Shown one piece after another: positions 61,950 to 64,000 of a DNA stretch of 64,000 bases. The notes under the pieces are model-generated. The model had not been told where the DNA came from. It saw nothing but the letters and a program-made list of their open reading frames with translations, and did not search any database. The position numbers were made by a program, and so were the translations under genes. This stretch comes from Promethearchaeota archaeon (GTDB lineage Archaea; Asgardarchaeota; Lokiarchaeia; Sigyniarchaeales; SOKP01). The stretch covers positions 1 through 64,000 of the forward strand of contig JAEOTZ010000042.1 in NCBI GenBank assembly GCA_016839585.1, in the 5' to 3' direction. Position 1 is the stretch's first letter; each line of letters starts with the position of its first letter.

Positions 61950-62789
61950 TTAATATTCATTAGGTATTTTTTTAAGCTCTGCCAGAGAGAACACTGGGCC
62001 ATCAATACAGACGAATTTATTACCGATATTACATCTTCCACATTTACCAACCCCGCACTTCATTCTCATCTCTAATGAATTTAAAATTTGCTCATCCTTC
62101 CAACCTAGATTTACCAATTCAGCCACGGCAGTTCTAATCATTATGGGCGGCCCACAGACTACTGCTATAGCGTTATCAGGAGATGGAGCAACCTTCTTAA
62201 CTACTGCTGCAACAAACCCTACTTCGCGAGTCCATCCTTCCTCTTCGCGATCAATCGTTAGGACTACGTTAATATCATCTCTTTTTTCCCATTCTTCAAG
62301 GATATCTCGATATAATACTTCACCAGAATCACGGTTACCATAAATCACAGTAATATCTTTATAATTGTTTCTATATCTTTCATCTAAAAAGTATACGACT
62401 AGAGATCTTAAGGTTGAAAATGCAAATCCGCCCCCGATGATCACGATATTCTTGCCTTTCATTTCTTCAATTGGCCAGCCATTACCTAAAGGACCTCTTA
62501 CCCCTACAGTATCTCCAATTTCAACATTGTGAAATCCTGTAGTTACTGTTCCCATCTTCTTGATCGTAAATTTAATAGACCCTTCTTCAGTTGGAGATGA
62601 GGCAATACCTATTGGGCATTCTCCTTTTCCAATTAGACTAATTTCTGCAAATTGTCCTGGATTGTAATCAAAACTTTTCAAATCTTCTTCTTTCTTAAAT
62701 ACTAATTCGAGAGTTTTTATATCGTTTACTTTATTTTCTGAAACAACAGTTTTAATTTTCGTAAGCATGGGAATATACGGATTAGGCAC
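61950..62789 (-). CDS. FAD/NAD(P)-binding 2Fe-2S subunit (FlxA/AsrB/HydG-like)
   Basis: PGQF, RGPLGNG, GGG, CGPPIM, MKCGVGKCGRC. Confidence 0.88.
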   Translation of the reverse strand: MPNPYIPMLTKIKTVVSENKVNDIKTLELVFKKEEDLKSFDYNPGQFAEISLIGKGECPIGIASSPTEEGSIKFTIKKMGTVTTGFHNVEIGDTVGVRGPLGNGWPIEEMKGKNIVIIGGGFAFSTLRSLVVYFLDERYRNNYKDITVIYGNRDSGEVLYRDILEEWEKRDDINVVLTIDREEEGWTREVGFVAAVVKKVAPSPDNAIAVVCGPPIMIRTAVAELVNLGWKDEQILNSLEMRMKCGVGKCGRCNIGNKFVCIDGPVFSLAELKKIPNEY

Positions 62790-63840
62790 TTACTTTCTCC
62801 TCCCTTTTTGGTTCAATTTTCTTAATTTTTTCAATTATTGTTCTAAGGTCATTATTAACGGGACATAATTGAACACATCGTCCACATCCAACACACCCTA
62901 ACATGCCGTAATTCTCAGGATAATAACAAAATTTATGTAAAATTCTATTTCTAACCCTTTGTATACAACTATTACGTGGATTATGACCACTTGTATGTAA
63001 CGTATAAAGGCAAGATTGGCACGTATCCCATATTCTAATTCTTCTTCCACGATTCTTGTTTGGAACATTTTCATCAATTACATCAAAACAGGTACATGTT
63101 GGACATAGGAATGAACATGTTCCACATCCTATACAAGTTTCACTTACTTCTTTCCATATTGGATGATCAAAATTTGGATCTAAAATTTTGTCGATATCCT
63201 TTAAATCTAATTTTGTTGTAATTGATTCTTCTGCCTGTTTTTTTAATTCTTGAGCCTTTTCTATATCCATCTCTTTAGCATCAGCAAGCCACGAAAGCTT
63301 TTTAATTAAATCTTTACCTTTATCACTAATTCCCTCAACAAGATATTCATTTTGTAAGTCAACTAAAAATACATCCATATAATCCTTTTGAAATGGATTT
63401 CCTTCTACTGATGTACAGAAACAAGTACTTTTAGGAGTATTGCAACCAATTCCTATTAAAATTGTATTTTTCCTTCTATTTATAATAATTTCGTCTTTGA
63501 AATCTCCTTGAGAGAAAAAGTTTACTAACAAGACAAAACTATGAGCGTCACAGGGTCTTATCCCAAAAATTATATTTTGTTCATTTAAATTTTTAGGTTC
63601 TTCAAGCTCTATCTCATTATCATTAATTTTATATTCAAAAAGAATATCTTTCTCCGGAAATAGTATTTCTTTCGGTGGAACTTTAGAATTTAGATAGTCC
63701 AGCACTATTTCTTCGGGATTTGTTATTTTTCTAAAAACTATATTTCTCTTTTCTTTAATTGGAGCAAAAAAATTATAATCTTTTGTTAAATCATTATATA
63801 ACTTTATGATTTGATCTTTTTTTAGAATTTTGTATTCCAT
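62782..63840 (-). CDS. 4Fe-4S subunit (FlxB/AsrA/HydB-like)
   Basis: GIRPCD, CFC, CIGCGTC..CPTCTCF, WDTC, CVGCGRC..CP. Confidence 0.88.
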   Translation of the reverse strand: MEYKILKKDQIIKLYNDLTKDYNFFAPIKEKRNIVFRKITNPEEIVLDYLNSKVPPKEILFPEKDILFEYKINDNEIELEEPKNLNEQNIIFGIRPCDAHSFVLLVNFFSQGDFKDEIIINRRKNTILIGIGCNTPKSTCFCTSVEGNPFQKDYMDVFLVDLQNEYLVEGISDKGKDLIKKLSWLADAKEMDIEKAQELKKQAEESITTKLDLKDIDKILDPNFDHPIWKEVSETCIGCGTCSFLCPTCTCFDVIDENVPNKNRGRRIRIWDTCQSCLYTLHTSGHNPRNSCIQRVRNRILHKFCYYPENYGMLGCVGCGRCVQLCPVNNDLRTIIEKIKKIEPKREEKVSA

Positions 63841-63856
63841 TTTTCAAGTCCCCTTT

Positions 63857-64000
63857 TTAATCTTCCTCCATCATAAATTCTTCTTTATCCTCTATATCAT
63901 AAGCCATCATAGGAGGCAAGCTTCTTGGATCAATACCGGTTGTAAAATTAAACCTTTCTTTTGCGATTTTTTCTAAAGATCTGTTTATTAAATTCAAATC
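63857..64000 (-). CDS. C-terminus of an upstream Flx-like Fe-S subunit (partial)
   Basis: DLNLINRSLEKIAKERFNFTTGIDPRSLPPMMAYDIEDKEEFMMEED*; same strand and context as the next two genes. Confidence 0.6.
   Translation of the reverse strand, partial: DLNLINRSLEKIAKERFNFTTGIDPRSLPPMMAYDIEDKEEFMMEED

Noticed and set aside
2117-62343. Other short ORFs nested in or antisense to long genes (e.g. 2117, 2829, 3680, 6649, 15247, 20446, 26963, 49518, 53961, 58216, 62143)
   Set aside because: Shadow frames with no independent coding evidence.

Overview
AT-rich (about 30% GC by eye), gene-dense archaeal DNA, most likely from an Asgard archaeon of the Lokiarchaeia. This is an inference from IPG[YF]-type C-terminal sorting signals, a Rag/Arf-like small GTPase, LITAF-like and RING/PHD-like zinc proteins, and Fwd/Hdr/Fae C1 genes. 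Most of the window is anaerobic metabolism and housekeeping: class II RNR, a fwd cluster with fdhD and hdrB, korAB, Hdr/Flx-like genes, and tRNA modification/editing enzymes. The main finding is a tandemly duplicated ~1.2-kb module at 5.3-7.6 kb that the ORF track misses or truncates. Each copy has a DUF1761-like membrane gene divergent from a peroxiredoxin-like gene with an in-frame TGA at codon 46, the redox-active position (UPYA and UPFC). Each is followed directly by a conserved, co-varying three-way-junction RNA with an invariant UAGCCAC loop that does not look like a canonical SECIS. Other notable items: (1) a split and a fused set of [2TM + left-handed beta-helix] acyltransferase units resembling the C-terminal half of poly-amino-acid synthetases (Pls type), near a GH3-like adenylating enzyme; (2) a DapA-family aldolase fused to formaldehyde-activating enzyme; (3) an ATP-cone-bearing monomeric-type NrdJ; (4) several candidate eukaryote-like proteins. 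No rRNA, tRNA, CRISPR or IS element was recognised. All family assignments are from motif recognition by eye; no searches were run.
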